A DNA stretch of 64,000 nt from Alphaproteobacteria bacterium (lineage in GTDB: Bacteria > Pseudomonadota > Alphaproteobacteria > Bin95): positions 1,312,001 to 1,376,000 of the forward strand of contig OZ224045.1 of NCBI GenBank assembly GCA_963665325.3, given 5' to 3'. Below, one piece after another: positions 36,719 to 47,125 of this stretch; positions within the stretch are counted from its first letter, which is position 1, and the number at the start of each line of letters is the position of its first letter. Under the pieces are notes generated by a model. The model saw only the letters and a program-made list of their open reading frames with translations, made no database searches and was not told where the DNA came from. The position numbers were made by a program, and so were the translations under genes.

Positions 36719-38047
36719 CTAGACCGCCGGGACTTCGCGCCAGGATGTCCGCTCAAACCCGTCGAGCTCCCGTGCGAGCCGCGCGACCGCGGGTGCCGTC
36801 CGCGCAAGCGCCGGTCCGGGATCGGCGCGGGATTCGGCGTGAATGAGGTCCGCGATGCACGCACCGAGACCCTCCATGCCGCCAGGGTCGAGACCGCGGG
36901 CGGTCGCCGCGGCGACGCCCAGGCGCAGCCCGGTCCACTTCGAGGGATTGCGCGCGTCGAACGGCACCGGGTTCCTGTTCGACGTGATGCCGGCGCGCGC
37001 GAGCGCGGTCTCCGCCTGGCTTCCGAGGAGCCCCACCGAAGCAAGGTCGAGCAGCACCATGTGGGTGTCGGTGCCGTCGCCGACGATCCCGATGCGGCGG
37101 TCGGAGAGCGTGGCGGCAAGCGTGCGCGCGTTCGCAACCACGCGCCGCCCGTAGACTGCGAACTCCGGGCGAAGCGCCTCGCCGAGGCACACCGCCTTGG
37201 CCGCGAGCACGTTGGAATGGAGGCTTCCCTGGACGCCGGGAAATACGGCGGACTGTAGGCGCTTTGCGAACTCGTCCGACCGGGAGAGGACGATTCCGCC
37301 CCGGGGCCCGCGCAGCGTCTTGGTGGTGGTGCAGGTGACGATGTCGGCATGCGGCAGGGGCGAGGCGTGCACGCCCGCTGCGACGAGACCCGCGATATGG
37401 GCCATGTCGACCAGGAACCGCGCCTCGACCGCTTCGGCGATGCGGCCCATGCGTTCGAAGTCGATCGCATGCGGATAGGCCGAGCCGCCGGCGATCAGCA
37501 GCGCCGGGCGCACCTCGCGGGCGCGGGCCTCGATTTCGTCGTAGTCGAGCAGGCCGCTCGTGGGGTCCACGCCGTAGCGATGGGCGTCGAACCAGCGCCC
37601 CGAGAGGTTGGCCCCGGCGCCGTGACTGAGATGCCCGCCGGCCGCCAGGTCGAGGCTCAGGATCCGGTCTCCGGGGCGCAGCAGCGCGAAGAACACCGCC
37701 TGGTTCGCCTGCGTGCCGGAATGCGGCTGGACATTGACGTAGGCCGCGCCGAACAGCTCCTTCGCGCGCTCGATGGCGAGGCGCTCCACGACGTCGACAT
37801 GCTCGCCGCCGCCGTGAAAGCGGTTTCCGGGATAGCCCTCCAGCGTCTTGTTGCCGATCTCGTGGCCGAGCGCCTCGCGCACCGCGCGGCTCATGACATT
37901 CTCCGAGGCGATGAGCTCGATCTGCTCGCGCTGGCGGCGCGTCTCGCCTTCGAGCGCTTCCGCCACCGCCGGATCGGTGTCGGCAAGGGAACGCCGGGCA
38001 TGGGCGCCGGGATTGTCGTTCGCGTACATGGGCGGTCTCATCCGCAT
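36719..38047 (-). CDS. SHMT-family enzyme, most like 2-methylserine hydroxymethyltransferase
   Basis: LIASEN, NKTLEGYPGNRFHGGG, VTCTTTKTLRGPRGG (canonical GlyA has TTTHKT), PGVQGSLHSN. Confidence 0.85.
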   Translation of the reverse strand: MRMRPPMYANDNPGAHARRSLADTDPAVAEALEGETRRQREQIELIASENVMSRAVREALGHEIGNKTLEGYPGNRFHGGGEHVDVVERLAIERAKELFGAAYVNVQPHSGTQANQAVFFALLRPGDRILSLDLAAGGHLSHGAGANLSGRWFDAHRYGVDPTSGLLDYDEIEARAREVRPALLIAGGSAYPHAIDFERMGRIAEAVEARFLVDMAHIAGLVAAGVHASPLPHADIVTCTTTKTLRGPRGGIVLSRSDEFAKRLQSAVFPGVQGSLHSNVLAAKAVCLGEALRPEFAVYGRRVVANARTLAATLSDRRIGIVGDGTDTHMVLLDLASVGLLGSQAETALARAGITSNRNPVPFDARNPSKWTGLRLGVAAATARGLDPGGMEGLGACIADLIHAESRADPGPALARTAPAVARLARELDGFERTSWREVPAV

Positions 38048-38478
38048 CCGGAACGCAGATGTGGGCGTCCCGCCGCCACGATCGGGAAAACCATGACCCC
38101 ATTATCCGGATCTAACCTGTATCCAATGTGAATAATCGCTCCGGTTGCGGGGTTTTATCGTGTCTTTCACGAAGGATCTCTTCGATGGAGTCACCGCGGA
38201 GCGCCATGTTTCCGCCCGGGCGCGGCGCCCTGACCGCCTCCCGATCCGGCTCCCGCTCCCTCCGACCCGTGATAGCCCCGTCGAACGACGGCGCCCCCCA
38301 CGCCGACGTCGCGTCGGCACTAGCATCGCGATGCCCGGGGCCGCCCGGGTCGGGGCGGATAACAAATTCCTATCGCCCACATTGGAAAATCCGTCTGGTT
38401 GCGGCGCCAGTGCTGCCCACGTGACTCGGTAGCGCATCCCTTCGGGGAGCCGCCTCTGGATCGCAGAGGAGCACCGCA

Positions 38479-39477
38479 ATGGTCGCACCGGGCACCGTTC
38501 GCGCGGCAGGACCGCCGATCGCCGTCCTCGCCGCCGCGTTCACGCTTCTTCTTTCGGCAGACGCGGCCTTGGCCGCATGCAGCAAGGGGAACCGGGTGAA
38601 CCACAGGGACGCGGAATGCCTGAGCGCCAGCTGGAACAACCGGGGCGTGCTCAGGAAGAGCCCCTACCATGTCCGGAACATGTGCCCCGACTACGGCACC
38701 GTCGTGGCCAAGGTAGACCTGAAGTCCGCCATGGACCGCACGCTCCACCTCGACGATGGTGACGAGAGGGACGGCTCCACCATCCACAGGATCCGGGGCA
38801 TCTCCTGCTGCTCCGACTCGGGCGACCTCTGCAACCGGTCCGACGTCCTCACCGACGCGGGCTGCCTGGCGCGGTTCCGGCAGGTCAGTCCGGCGGCGGG
38901 AACCTGCACGAACGCAACCGCCACGTTTTCCGGCGAGAACAACACGTGCACCATCGCCGCCGAATGCGAGTGGATCGACCCCGAGCATGCGGTCTTCCCC
39001 TACATGCCCACCGGGATCGTCATCCCCTTTCCGGATCTGGACGAGGTCCAGAATTGCGGCGGGCTTTTGAGGCGCGGACCCTGCAACAGCAACCCTCAAG
39101 GCATGACCACGGTATCGGTCGGCGATGCGCGGGTCCGGGAAGCCCGGGGCGCGTCCCTGGAATTCGCGATTACGCTGAGCCGGATACACCCGAAGTCACT
39201 GACCCTCGCTTACGTCACCAGGGACGGCACGGCCAGGGCCGGGTCGGACTACAGGGGGACCGGGGGCGTGCTGACCTTCTGGTCGGGCCAGACGCGGAAG
39301 ACCGTGTCCGTGCGGGTGCTGGACGACGAGCTGGACGAAGGCCCGGAGACGCTGAAGCTGAAAGTGACGGTGATGGGCGGGTGGCCGGTGACCCTGGCGA
39401 ACCCGACCGCGACCGGGACGATCGTCAACGCCGACAGCGTGCCGAAGGCATGGATTGCGCGCTTCGGGTGTTGTTAA
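38479..39477 (+). pseudogene. Secreted Cys-rich Calx-beta protein, autotransporter truncated by IS21
   Basis: Signal peptide, many Cys, YVTRDGTARAGSDY Calx-beta, then PKAWIARFG (the adhesin has PQAWLARFG just before its barrel) running into the IS end. Confidence 0.75.
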
Positions 39478-39583
39478 GCGTGGAAGATTGACCCCCTGTT
39501 GGGGGTTATCGGCGTCCAAAATTGACCCCCCATGGATTGTGTCCATGAACACGCCCTGTCGTTGGACGGACGGGGTGGGGGAG

Positions 39584-41098
39584 ATGCTGGTTGTGGAGAC
39601 GATAGCGCGGATCCGTCGGGATCATCTGGTGAAGGGCGTTCCGATCAAGAAGCTGGCGCGGGATTTGAGGGTTTCGAAGAACACGATACGCAAGGTGGTT
39701 CGGGGCGATACGACCTCGCACAGCTATGAGCGCAAGATCCAGCCGATGCCGAAGCTTGGGCCTTGGGTGGCAGAGCTTGAGCGCCAGCTGGAGGCCAACG
39801 AGAAGAAGAAGCGCCGGGATCGCCTGTCCCTGCTGCAGATCCATGAGGACCTTGGCGAGCTGGGCTACAAGGGCGGCTATGACGCGGTCCGGCGCTACGC
39901 CAGGGCGTGGCGGCGCCGACGCCGTCTGTTATCGCCGTCGCAGGCCTATGTGCCGCTGATCTTCGATCCGGGCGAGGCCTACCAGTTCGACTGGAGCCAC
40001 GAGTATGCGCGTCTGGCGGGAGCGACGACCAAGGTGAAGGCGGCGCACATGCGGCTGTGCCACAGCCGCATGTATCTGGTGCAGATCTTTCCCCGCGAGA
40101 GCCAGGAGATGGTCTTTGAGGCGCACGAGCGTGCCTTCCGCTTCTTCGGCGGGGTCTGCCGACGGGGCATCTACGACAACATGAAGACGGCGGTGAACAC
40201 GATCTTCGTCGGCAAGGAGCGTGCCTACAACCGCCGCTTCCAGGAGATGTGCTCGCACCATCTGGTGGAGCCAGTGGCGTGCACGCCAGGGGCGGGCTGG
40301 GAGAAGGGGCAGGTTGAGAAGCAGGTGGGAGACCTTCGCGGGCGTCTGTTCGCGCGCAGCCCGCGGGGCCGCTCCTACACCGAGATCAACGAGTGGCTGA
40401 TGGATCGGTGCATCGAGGAGGCCAGGAAGCAGCCGCATCCGACGATCGAGGGCAAGACGGTGTGGCAGGTATTCGAGGAGGAGCGGCCCTTCCTGATGGC
40501 ATACCGCGGTCCCTTCGACGGCTTCCATGCCAGCGAGGTGTCAGTCTCGAAGACCTGCCTGGTGCGCTTCGACAACAACCAGTACAGCGTCTCTGCCCGC
40601 GCGGTGGGACGGCCGGTGGACGTGCGGGCCTATGCCGAGCGGATCGTCATCCGCCAGGACGGCGAGATCGTCGCCGAGCATCCCCGGAGCTTCGGGCGCG
40701 GTCGGTTCGTCTACGATCCGTGGCATTACGTGCCGATCCTGACGAGGAAGCCCGGCGCACTGAGGAACGGCGCACCCTTCAAGGACTGGCAGTTGCCCAA
40801 CGCGCTGGGCCGCCTGCGAACCCGGCTCGCCGGCCACGACGACGGCGACCGGCAGTTCGTCAAGATCCTCGCGGCGGTGCTGGAGGACGGGCTGGAGGCG
40901 GTCGAGGCGGCCTGCGCCGAGGCGCTCGCCTGCGGCGCCTGCAGCGCCGACGTCGTGCTCAACATCCTCGCCCGGCAGCGCCAGCCGGCACCGCCGGCAA
41001 TCATCCCGACGCCCGAGGGCCTGAAGCTCCGCCACCAGCCGGTGGCCGACTGTCAGCGCTACGACAGCCTGAGGGAGGCCGGTCATGGAGCGTCATGA
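39584..41098 (+). CDS. istA: IS21 transposase
   Basis: [27 protein letters not shown]. Confidence 0.95.
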   Translation: MLVVETIARIRRDHLVKGVPIKKLARDLRVSKNTIRKVVRGDTTSHSYERKIQPMPKLGPWVAELERQLEANEKKKRRDRLSLLQIHEDLGELGYKGGYDAVRRYARAWRRRRRLLSPSQAYVPLIFDPGEAYQFDWSHEYARLAGATTKVKAAHMRLCHSRMYLVQIFPRESQEMVFEAHERAFRFFGGVCRRGIYDNMKTAVNTIFVGKERAYNRRFQEMCSHHLVEPVACTPGAGWEKGQVEKQVGDLRGRLFARSPRGRSYTEINEWLMDRCIEEARKQPHPTIEGKTVWQVFEEERPFLMAYRGPFDGFHASEVSVSKTCLVRFDNNQYSVSARAVGRPVDVRAYAERIVIRQDGEIVAEHPRSFGRGRFVYDPWHYVPILTRKPGALRNGAPFKDWQLPNALGRLRTRLAGHDDGDRQFVKILAAVLEDGLEAVEAACAEALACGACSADVVLNILARQRQPAPPAIIPTPEGLKLRHQPVADCQRYDSLREAGHGAS

Positions 41099-41813
41099 TG
41101 TGCTGGAGATGATGACCCAGCTGAAGCTCGCAGGCATGCGAGCCGCCTATGACGACATCCTCGCCGACGGGCTCAAGCGCCGTCATCCGGTGCAGCAGAT
41201 CATCGGTACGCTGCTGCAGGTCGAGATCGCCGACAAGAGGGCACGCTCGATCAAGTACCAGATGGCGTCCGCCAAGCTGCCCACGGCCAAGGAACTGGCC
41301 GACTTCGACTTCGCCGGCTCGCCGGTCAACGAGCCCCTGATCCAGGAGCTCGCCGGCGGCGGCTTCCTCGAGGGCCAGCGCAACATCGTCCTGGTCGGCG
41401 GCACCGGCACCGGCAAGACCCATCTCGCCGTCGCCGTCGCGCGCTCCTGCATCCGCAAGGGCGCCCGTGGCCGCTGCTACAACGTCGTCGACCTGGTGAA
41501 CCACCTCGAGGCCGAACTCCGTGCCGGGCGCCAGGGCCGCACCGCAGACCAGCTCGTCCGACGCGACTTCGTCATCCTCGACGAACTCGGCTACCTGCCC
41601 TTCGCCCAAGCCGGCGGACAGCTCCTCTTCCACCTCATGAGCCGGCTCTACGAGCGAACCTCGATCGTCATCACCACCAACCTCGCCTTCGGCGAGTGGC
41701 CGTCCGTCTTCGGCGATCCCAAGATGACCACGGCGTTGCTCGATCGTCTCACCCACCATTGCGAGATCATCGAGACCGGCAACGAGAGCTGGCGCTTCAA
41801 GAACCGCTCCTGA
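41085..41813 (+). CDS. istB: IS21 helper ATPase
   Basis: [29 protein letters not shown]. Confidence 0.95.
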   Translation: MERHDVLEMMTQLKLAGMRAAYDDILADGLKRRHPVQQIIGTLLQVEIADKRARSIKYQMASAKLPTAKELADFDFAGSPVNEPLIQELAGGGFLEGQRNIVLVGGTGTGKTHLAVAVARSCIRKGARGRCYNVVDLVNHLEAELRAGRQGRTADQLVRRDFVILDELGYLPFAQAGGQLLFHLMSRLYERTSIVITTNLAFGEWPSVFGDPKMTTALLDRLTHHCEIIETGNESWRFKNRS

Positions 41814-42014
41814 CCCGCCGCCGGCCTCCCCTGCGGCCCGGTTGCCCCGGTGGGTCAACAGGGACCCCCCACGCGGCTTCGCTCCGCGTAGCGTGAGACG
41901 CTACACGAAGCCGCGCGGGTCCCCCCTATTGACTACCGGGACAACCTCCACCGTGCCTCTCAGGGGGTCAATTTTGCACGCCGATAGGGGGTCATTATTG
42001 AAAGCCGATTGACA

Positions 42015-42517
42015 GCTCCAGAACCGCAAGCACACGGGCCAGCGCCGGGGCATCGACCGTCGCGTCTACAATCACCCGCGAGCGACCGCCCAGCACAATC
42101 TCCATCCGTCCGTCCGACGGCGAAACCTCCCAGACGCCATCCTCCGGGAGCACTTGGCTGGGTGGCGCGACGACCACCGGCACGAAGGCACTGGAGCGGG
42201 GCTCACCGTCCTGCTGCCGAAACTTCCGCCGCCAGTCGAACAGCAGGTTGGCGTTCAAGTCGCGGCGCCTCGCCACCGACGCCACCGTCACGCCAGGCGC
42301 GTAGCTCTCCGCAACGATCCGACGCTTGTCGGCCTCGCTCCACCGCCGCGCTCGACGACGTGGTCCGCCTCCTGCCTCGGCGCTCGACAGAAATTCCTGG
42401 TTCGACATTCGCGATCGTCTCCACGTGGGTCACGGTGGACGCTCGCCGTCCACCTCCGATCGCTCAAACTCGACCAAAGTCACCGTCACGCACAGACGGT
42501 CCTCGCCGGATGCTCAC
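42015..42517 (-). mobile_element. tnpA: IS66-family remnant (left end and tnpA, 3' end cut by IS21)
   Basis: RRRARRWSEADKRRIVAESYAPGVTVASVARR...NLLFDWRR...MEIVL; terminal GTGAGCATCCGGCG reading from 42517. Confidence 0.8.
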
Positions 42518-43452
42518 CGTCCCCATCGTGTCGTCAAAAAAACATTTGGCAGCGCATCGTCCCCTCCATAGTCAAAAATTCCAGTTCTTCCTTGAATTGG
42601 TTTTTCGGCCAATCCATAATAGAAATTAGACAACTGTCTTACTATAATTACTGCATCAATCGACGGAAATTCAATCGCTTCTTCTTGAGAGTTTTTGTGA
42701 AAAGAATTCTCAGTCAACAGTCCAGATATATCGTTTACCAATATTGAAATCGGTTCGTAAATATAATCGTCCCAAACTATCACTAATACATTAGCACCAT
42801 CGGTCTGTTCAAAGTCAGAAAATTTTTCTTCTGTATTGGTGAGAAAATCCTTGATTGGATTGTCTCTTGGTAAAGTCACTGGCCTTCCTTTTCCAATTGT
42901 GTCGATAAGTTTCTTCGGAATTATTCTGGATGGGACCTGCAGATCGTGTGTCTGTCGTTCTTTAACATGTTTGATTAGTGAAGGCGCCTTTACCTCAAAC
43001 AGGAACCGTTTTCCTTCGGATTCAATTAATAATTCAGGCCTCTTTCCAGTCTGTCCAGCTTCTTCGTAACGAAAAATTGTCTCGCATGGCCAAGAAATAC
43101 GAAGAACACGATAAACTATTAACATCTCTGCTAGTACTTGCATTATACGATCATAATCACCGTCATCCTTTGGCCTATCCTTTATCGAGACCAATCGATC
43201 TACATAGTGACAACCAAGGCCGGTAATTTTCTGTTCAACAAAAGCACATGTTTCCGCAATTTCTTGGGCTATTGGATGAGGCGGAAGAAAGAAGTAGAAG
43301 TATTGAAGCCAATGCCAATTGCATTTTCCTATTTTATCCATTGTGTATAGGAAGAATTTAGCAGCAGGAATTTTTTGTTCCGAAAAACCAATTGCAGATT
43401 TCAGATATGCTAAACGAATATCTTTGTCGTACATCAACAATGTAGAGTTCAT
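42514..43452 (-). CDS. Low-GC PD-(D/E)xK-like hypothetical protein, probably 3'-truncated by IS66
   Basis: GKRPELLIESEGKRFLFEVK; the stop codon is supplied by the IS66 end. Confidence 0.6.
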   Translation of the reverse strand: MNSTLLMYDKDIRLAYLKSAIGFSEQKIPAAKFFLYTMDKIGKCNWHWLQYFYFFLPPHPIAQEIAETCAFVEQKITGLGCHYVDRLVSIKDRPKDDGDYDRIMQVLAEMLIVYRVLRISWPCETIFRYEEAGQTGKRPELLIESEGKRFLFEVKAPSLIKHVKERQTHDLQVPSRIIPKKLIDTIGKGRPVTLPRDNPIKDFLTNTEEKFSDFEQTDGANVLVIVWDDYIYEPISILVNDISGLLTENSFHKNSQEEAIEFPSIDAVIIVRQLSNFYYGLAEKPIQGRTGIFDYGGDDALPNVFLTTRWGR

Positions 43453-43851
43453 TCACCGGTGCTCCAAACTGTATTTGAGTTGCTTCATATGGATCGAATA
43501 TTGCTGACAGAGTGGTGTCGAGCTATGGGAAAGAAAATCTTTTGCTAGAGCCGCGAAGCCTCAAACCGTCGATTAGGCAACATAGCAGTACTCGTTGAAT
43601 CCGTCGACCACCAAGTTACATGGCGGGAGCAAGTCCCGTGTGGCGAGGGTAATCAGTTGATTTATTGAGTTCTTGTGTTGTTTTCGTTGGCCATTGCCGG
43701 CGATTGGTGGCAATCGAGGGTTCGAGGTGCGGCGCGGCGATCAACCTGAGATTTGCCCCGGTGCTCCCGGGCGCTCACCTAGATTGTCGTAGCGCCAGGC
43801 GAAGTCCTGGAAGGGGGGGATCTCGTTGCCTCAGCGCAATGTTCCCCAGCG

Positions 43852-44640
43852 TTGCGGCTGTGTCCGACATGCCGGTTTCGTGATCGCGCTGGAGGCGTGG
43901 GTAACAGGCTTGCCGCCGCGACCATCATGAATCTGGCGGAGATGGCGGCCTGGATCCTCGCCGGGGCGGGCGTCGAACCGCACGCGGTCGGGGGCGCCAT
44001 CGTGATCCCGCACGGACCCATCGTCGAGACCATGAAGGAACGCGGCTTCACGGTCTACTCCGTGAATCCGAAGCAGCTCGACCGCTTCTCGCCGGCCGGC
44101 GCCAAGGACGATCGCCGCGACGCCCGCGTGCTCGCCGATGCCCTGCGGACCGATGGCCATGCGTTCCGGCGCCTGGATCCGGCAGCACCGGAGATCGTCG
44201 AGCGGCGCGAGTGGTCGCGGATCGCCAACGACCCGACCCGCGACAGGACCCGGCTGGTGAACCGGGCCCGCCAGCAACTCTGGCGCTACTATCCGCAGCT
44301 CCTCAGGGTCGAAAGCGATCTCACCAGGACCTGGGTCCGCGAGCTCTGGTGCCTTGCGCCGATGCCCGCCAGGGCGCAGCGCGTCCGCGCCGCCACCGTC
44401 GCCAAGCTCCTGAAGCGCCATCGGGTGCGCCGGATCGATGCCGAAACCGCGCTCCGAATGCTGCGCGAGCAGGCGCTGTTCGTCGCGCCCGGCACGACCG
44501 AGGCCGCGGTTGCCCACATCGAAGTCGTCTTCTCGCAGCTTGCCGTCATCGCGCAGCAGCTCGCCAAGGCCTATGGCGAGCTCGACCGTCTGAGCGCAGC
44601 GCTGTCCCGATCGGCGGCCTTCCCGGAGGACGAGCCGGGA
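43852..44640 (+). pseudogene. IS110-family transposase fragment
   Basis: HGPIVETM..GFTVYSVNPKQLDRFSPAGAKDDRRDARVLADALRTD; the first catalytic D and the C-terminal domain are missing. Confidence 0.8.
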
Positions 44641-45031
44641 ATAAATGCGCAGCGCGATGCTCTAAAACCAGACCGTCTTCAATCCCGCCCTCGCGAGTCA
44701 AGCCCATGCAGCGTGACGCAGAAACCACACAGAGTGCCAAGTACGCGTACTCGCGCGCGGCGGATCTCTCTTTACAAATGGTGGGGAGTCCCCCGAAAGG
44801 CGTCCTGCCGCGCTCCCGCAGAAATCCATGGGAACCCTCCCGATCGAAGGCGGTATGTCGAGCGAGGGGCGGCAGTCCGGTTACGCACCGCCGCATGCGT
44901 GCTCTCGTGCGGCGCGCCGCTCGCGAAAGCTTGCTGCGGGCTTGAAGCCCGCGCTCCCGTGGAGCCGGGCACGTTACCACGCAAGGCCGCAGGTCCGGGA
45001 TGAGGATCAAACCTAACCACCCAAATACCTA

Positions 45032-45204
45032 CCTGATTACGTGTCAAGCTCATCTTGCGACTGCCCGCTGCCGGAAACCGGGGTTCAGGAGGCTACGCGA
45101 CGACGGCTCCCAAGACACGGACGTTGATTCGCGGCCCCCGGCGAGCTACCGAAATCGATTGCGTTACGTGCCCGTAGCTCGGATGAGCTTGGTCCGTAAT
45201 CAGG
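45032..45204. repeat. 173-bp element with ~23-bp imperfect terminal inverted repeats, copy 1
   Basis: CCTGATTACGTGTCAAGCTCATC ... GATGAGCTTGGTCCGTAATCAGG. Confidence 0.85.
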
Positions 45205-46294
45205 GACATCTATTAATCCTATCGTTGGTCTGGGTCGCTTGGGACTCTCCGGCAATAACTTGGACTGCTTTGTCGACTTCCACTGCAATCAGAGAAAACC
45301 CTTCTCTATTCGGATGCGTTTCGTTTGCCCACTTGTCGGCGCCAACTACGCCAAGGAGGTTTATGTAGAAAACGGAAGGATTACTGTCGGAGAACTGCTC
45401 AGTAATCTTCATGCAAATGGCTCGATTATATTCTTCCATGAAGTCTCGAATCTCCTGCTTCATAAACGAAATATCCTCGTAATTCTTATGATCAAAGGAA
45501 GGCTTTATCCAAGGTCCCTTGAAATTAAGTGGGTAACCATATCCTCGACCATCGGGCACGATAAAGTCATATCCATGCACAAGAATAGGCACAGGTGGCG
45601 AATTGTGATCTTGCCCTCCTTCTTCTGCCTCAAGAGGGAATACCATATCCGTGGCATGTCTGACCGCTTTCAGATACTCGATCATGATTCCAGATAATCG
45701 CTCTATGAAAGCGGTGGACATCGCGTTATTCACTCCATCCGCTAGAGGTCCTTGATAAAGTCTGTGATTGATCAGCGTTGCAATCTCGGGACTCGCCACA
45801 TCATTACCCCCGGCCGAAATCAGGACTGCCTCTGGCCGATTATTCCGGTACAAGTTTCTGACGTCAAGCATTTTAGAAACCAGGCCGGAAATCTGATTCT
45901 TGTCGTAGGCCATTTGCTCCAGAGTTTCACCGTAGTGTGCCACGGAAAACACTACGTAATTGTACGTCTCCTCTAGTTCGACGAGGATGTCATCACGGGC
46001 CCGCAAGTCCGCCATCCGTCGAAGAGATGGGTAATTGAACCAGGAGTCACCTTCAGCAATAAGAATTTTCCCTTCGTCTCCTGCTAACTTTCCGCGAAGC
46101 GTCTCTTCTTCAATCGCTTCGTCAACTAGGCAGTGGGTGTAGCTGTTGTTGTCTAAAAGACACTTGTGGAAATCGAAAGCTTCCTGAGACAATGCGACCG
46201 ACGGGTTCAGCAATAGGATCCATACAATACCGACCAGCGGGCACCATCTTGCGCATTGTTGTGATGAAGTCGTTGCTTGGCTTGTGGTCATCAC
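45200..46294 (-). CDS. Secreted SGNH/GDSL-like hydrolase
   Basis: Signal-like N-terminus, AEGDSWFNYP, ISAGGNDV, HGYD, NETHPNREGF; low GC. Confidence 0.8.
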   Translation of the reverse strand: MMTTSQATTSSQQCARWCPLVGIVWILLLNPSVALSQEAFDFHKCLLDNNSYTHCLVDEAIEEETLRGKLAGDEGKILIAEGDSWFNYPSLRRMADLRARDDILVELEETYNYVVFSVAHYGETLEQMAYDKNQISGLVSKMLDVRNLYRNNRPEAVLISAGGNDVASPEIATLINHRLYQGPLADGVNNAMSTAFIERLSGIMIEYLKAVRHATDMVFPLEAEEGGQDHNSPPVPILVHGYDFIVPDGRGYGYPLNFKGPWIKPSFDHKNYEDISFMKQEIRDFMEEYNRAICMKITEQFSDSNPSVFYINLLGVVGADKWANETHPNREGFSLIAVEVDKAVQVIAGESQATQTNDRINRCP

Positions 46295-46384
46295 TATGCC
46301 TCCATTCCATTGCGCTACTCAGGACACACTCTACCGCATCCCTGACTGGTTTATCCAGACTTGATTTCGTATCAAGTAGATCTT

Positions 46385-46557
46385 CCTGATTGCGTATTAA
46401 GCTTGTCTTGCGAATGCGGCTCGCGGGAAACCGGGGTTCAGGCGGCCACGCTACGACGTTTCCGGCGGCCCGTTCCTCGATTTCCAGATTCGGGCGAGCC
46501 ATCGAGGTTGATTACGTTTCGTGTCCGTAGCTCAGATGAGCTTGGTACGTAATCAGG
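46385..46557. repeat. 173-bp element with terminal inverted repeats, copy 2 (direct orientation to copy 1)
   Basis: CCTGATTGCGTATTAAGCTTGTC ... GATGAGCTTGGTACGTAATCAGG; shares internal GGAAACCGGGGTTCAGG and CCGTAGCTC with copy 1. Confidence 0.85.
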
Positions 46558-47125
46558 AGAAGTGTGCCTGCTTCGAACTTTCCCGAGCGCCAGTATGTCG
46601 GATACTTGGAGCAGATTTCCGCGTTGGCGTCCGACGTGAATGTCCAGCCCGCCGCGCTTCCGTTGCGACGGTGCATCCGGGCCCTCTGTCTGCCGGCGGC
46701 CACATGCCGCCGAGCGGCAACTTGCCGGGCGCACCAGAGCGCGTGACAGAACTGCGGGCGGCTGCGCTCGGCTTGTAGGGAGCGCGTTCCCGCTGCGCTT
46801 ACGGTGTGCTACGACTGGCACCCGTGTTCTCGGAGAAATCGGCCCACACCGGAAGAATAGTGCTCGACCGGAGCGGACCGCTTGATACCGTGGCCCGCAA
46901 CCTCGTACCGTTCTCTACCCACTTCACGACGCGCGAAGGACTGAGGTGGCATGCGCAGGATGGCTTCAGGCGAGACATGCAGGAGGTTGTAAGGACAGGA
47001 CGCACCCTCGGTGCGCTGGACCCAGAGTTGAGGCAAATCCGCTTACGGTACGATTGCGGATGAGCTGGATTCTTCCTGCGCAGGCTAGATGAGAAGCATA
47101 GTAATACACTGGTATATAACGAAAA

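Larger units (their letters stand above)
39469..42014 (+). mobile_element. IS21-family insertion sequence
   Basis: TG...CA ends with repeated TGACCCCC / GGGGGTCA sub-terminal motifs; contains istA and istB; no target duplication seen. Confidence 0.9.

Noticed and set aside
34057-37470. 1137-aa - strand ORF
   Set aside because: Shadow of the hybrid kinase and an off-frame read of the SHMT gene
44765-44800. tRNA 3' end or att site (CTCCCCACCA on the minus strand)
   Set aside because: No T-loop or cloverleaf upstream
45032-46557. Canonical integron attC sites
   Set aside because: No RYYYAAC/GTTRRRY cores and no intI gene in the window; kept only as a cassette-like analogy
46560-47063. Short ORFs between the 173-bp repeat and hyuA
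   Set aside because: No recognisable motifs; cannot support as genes
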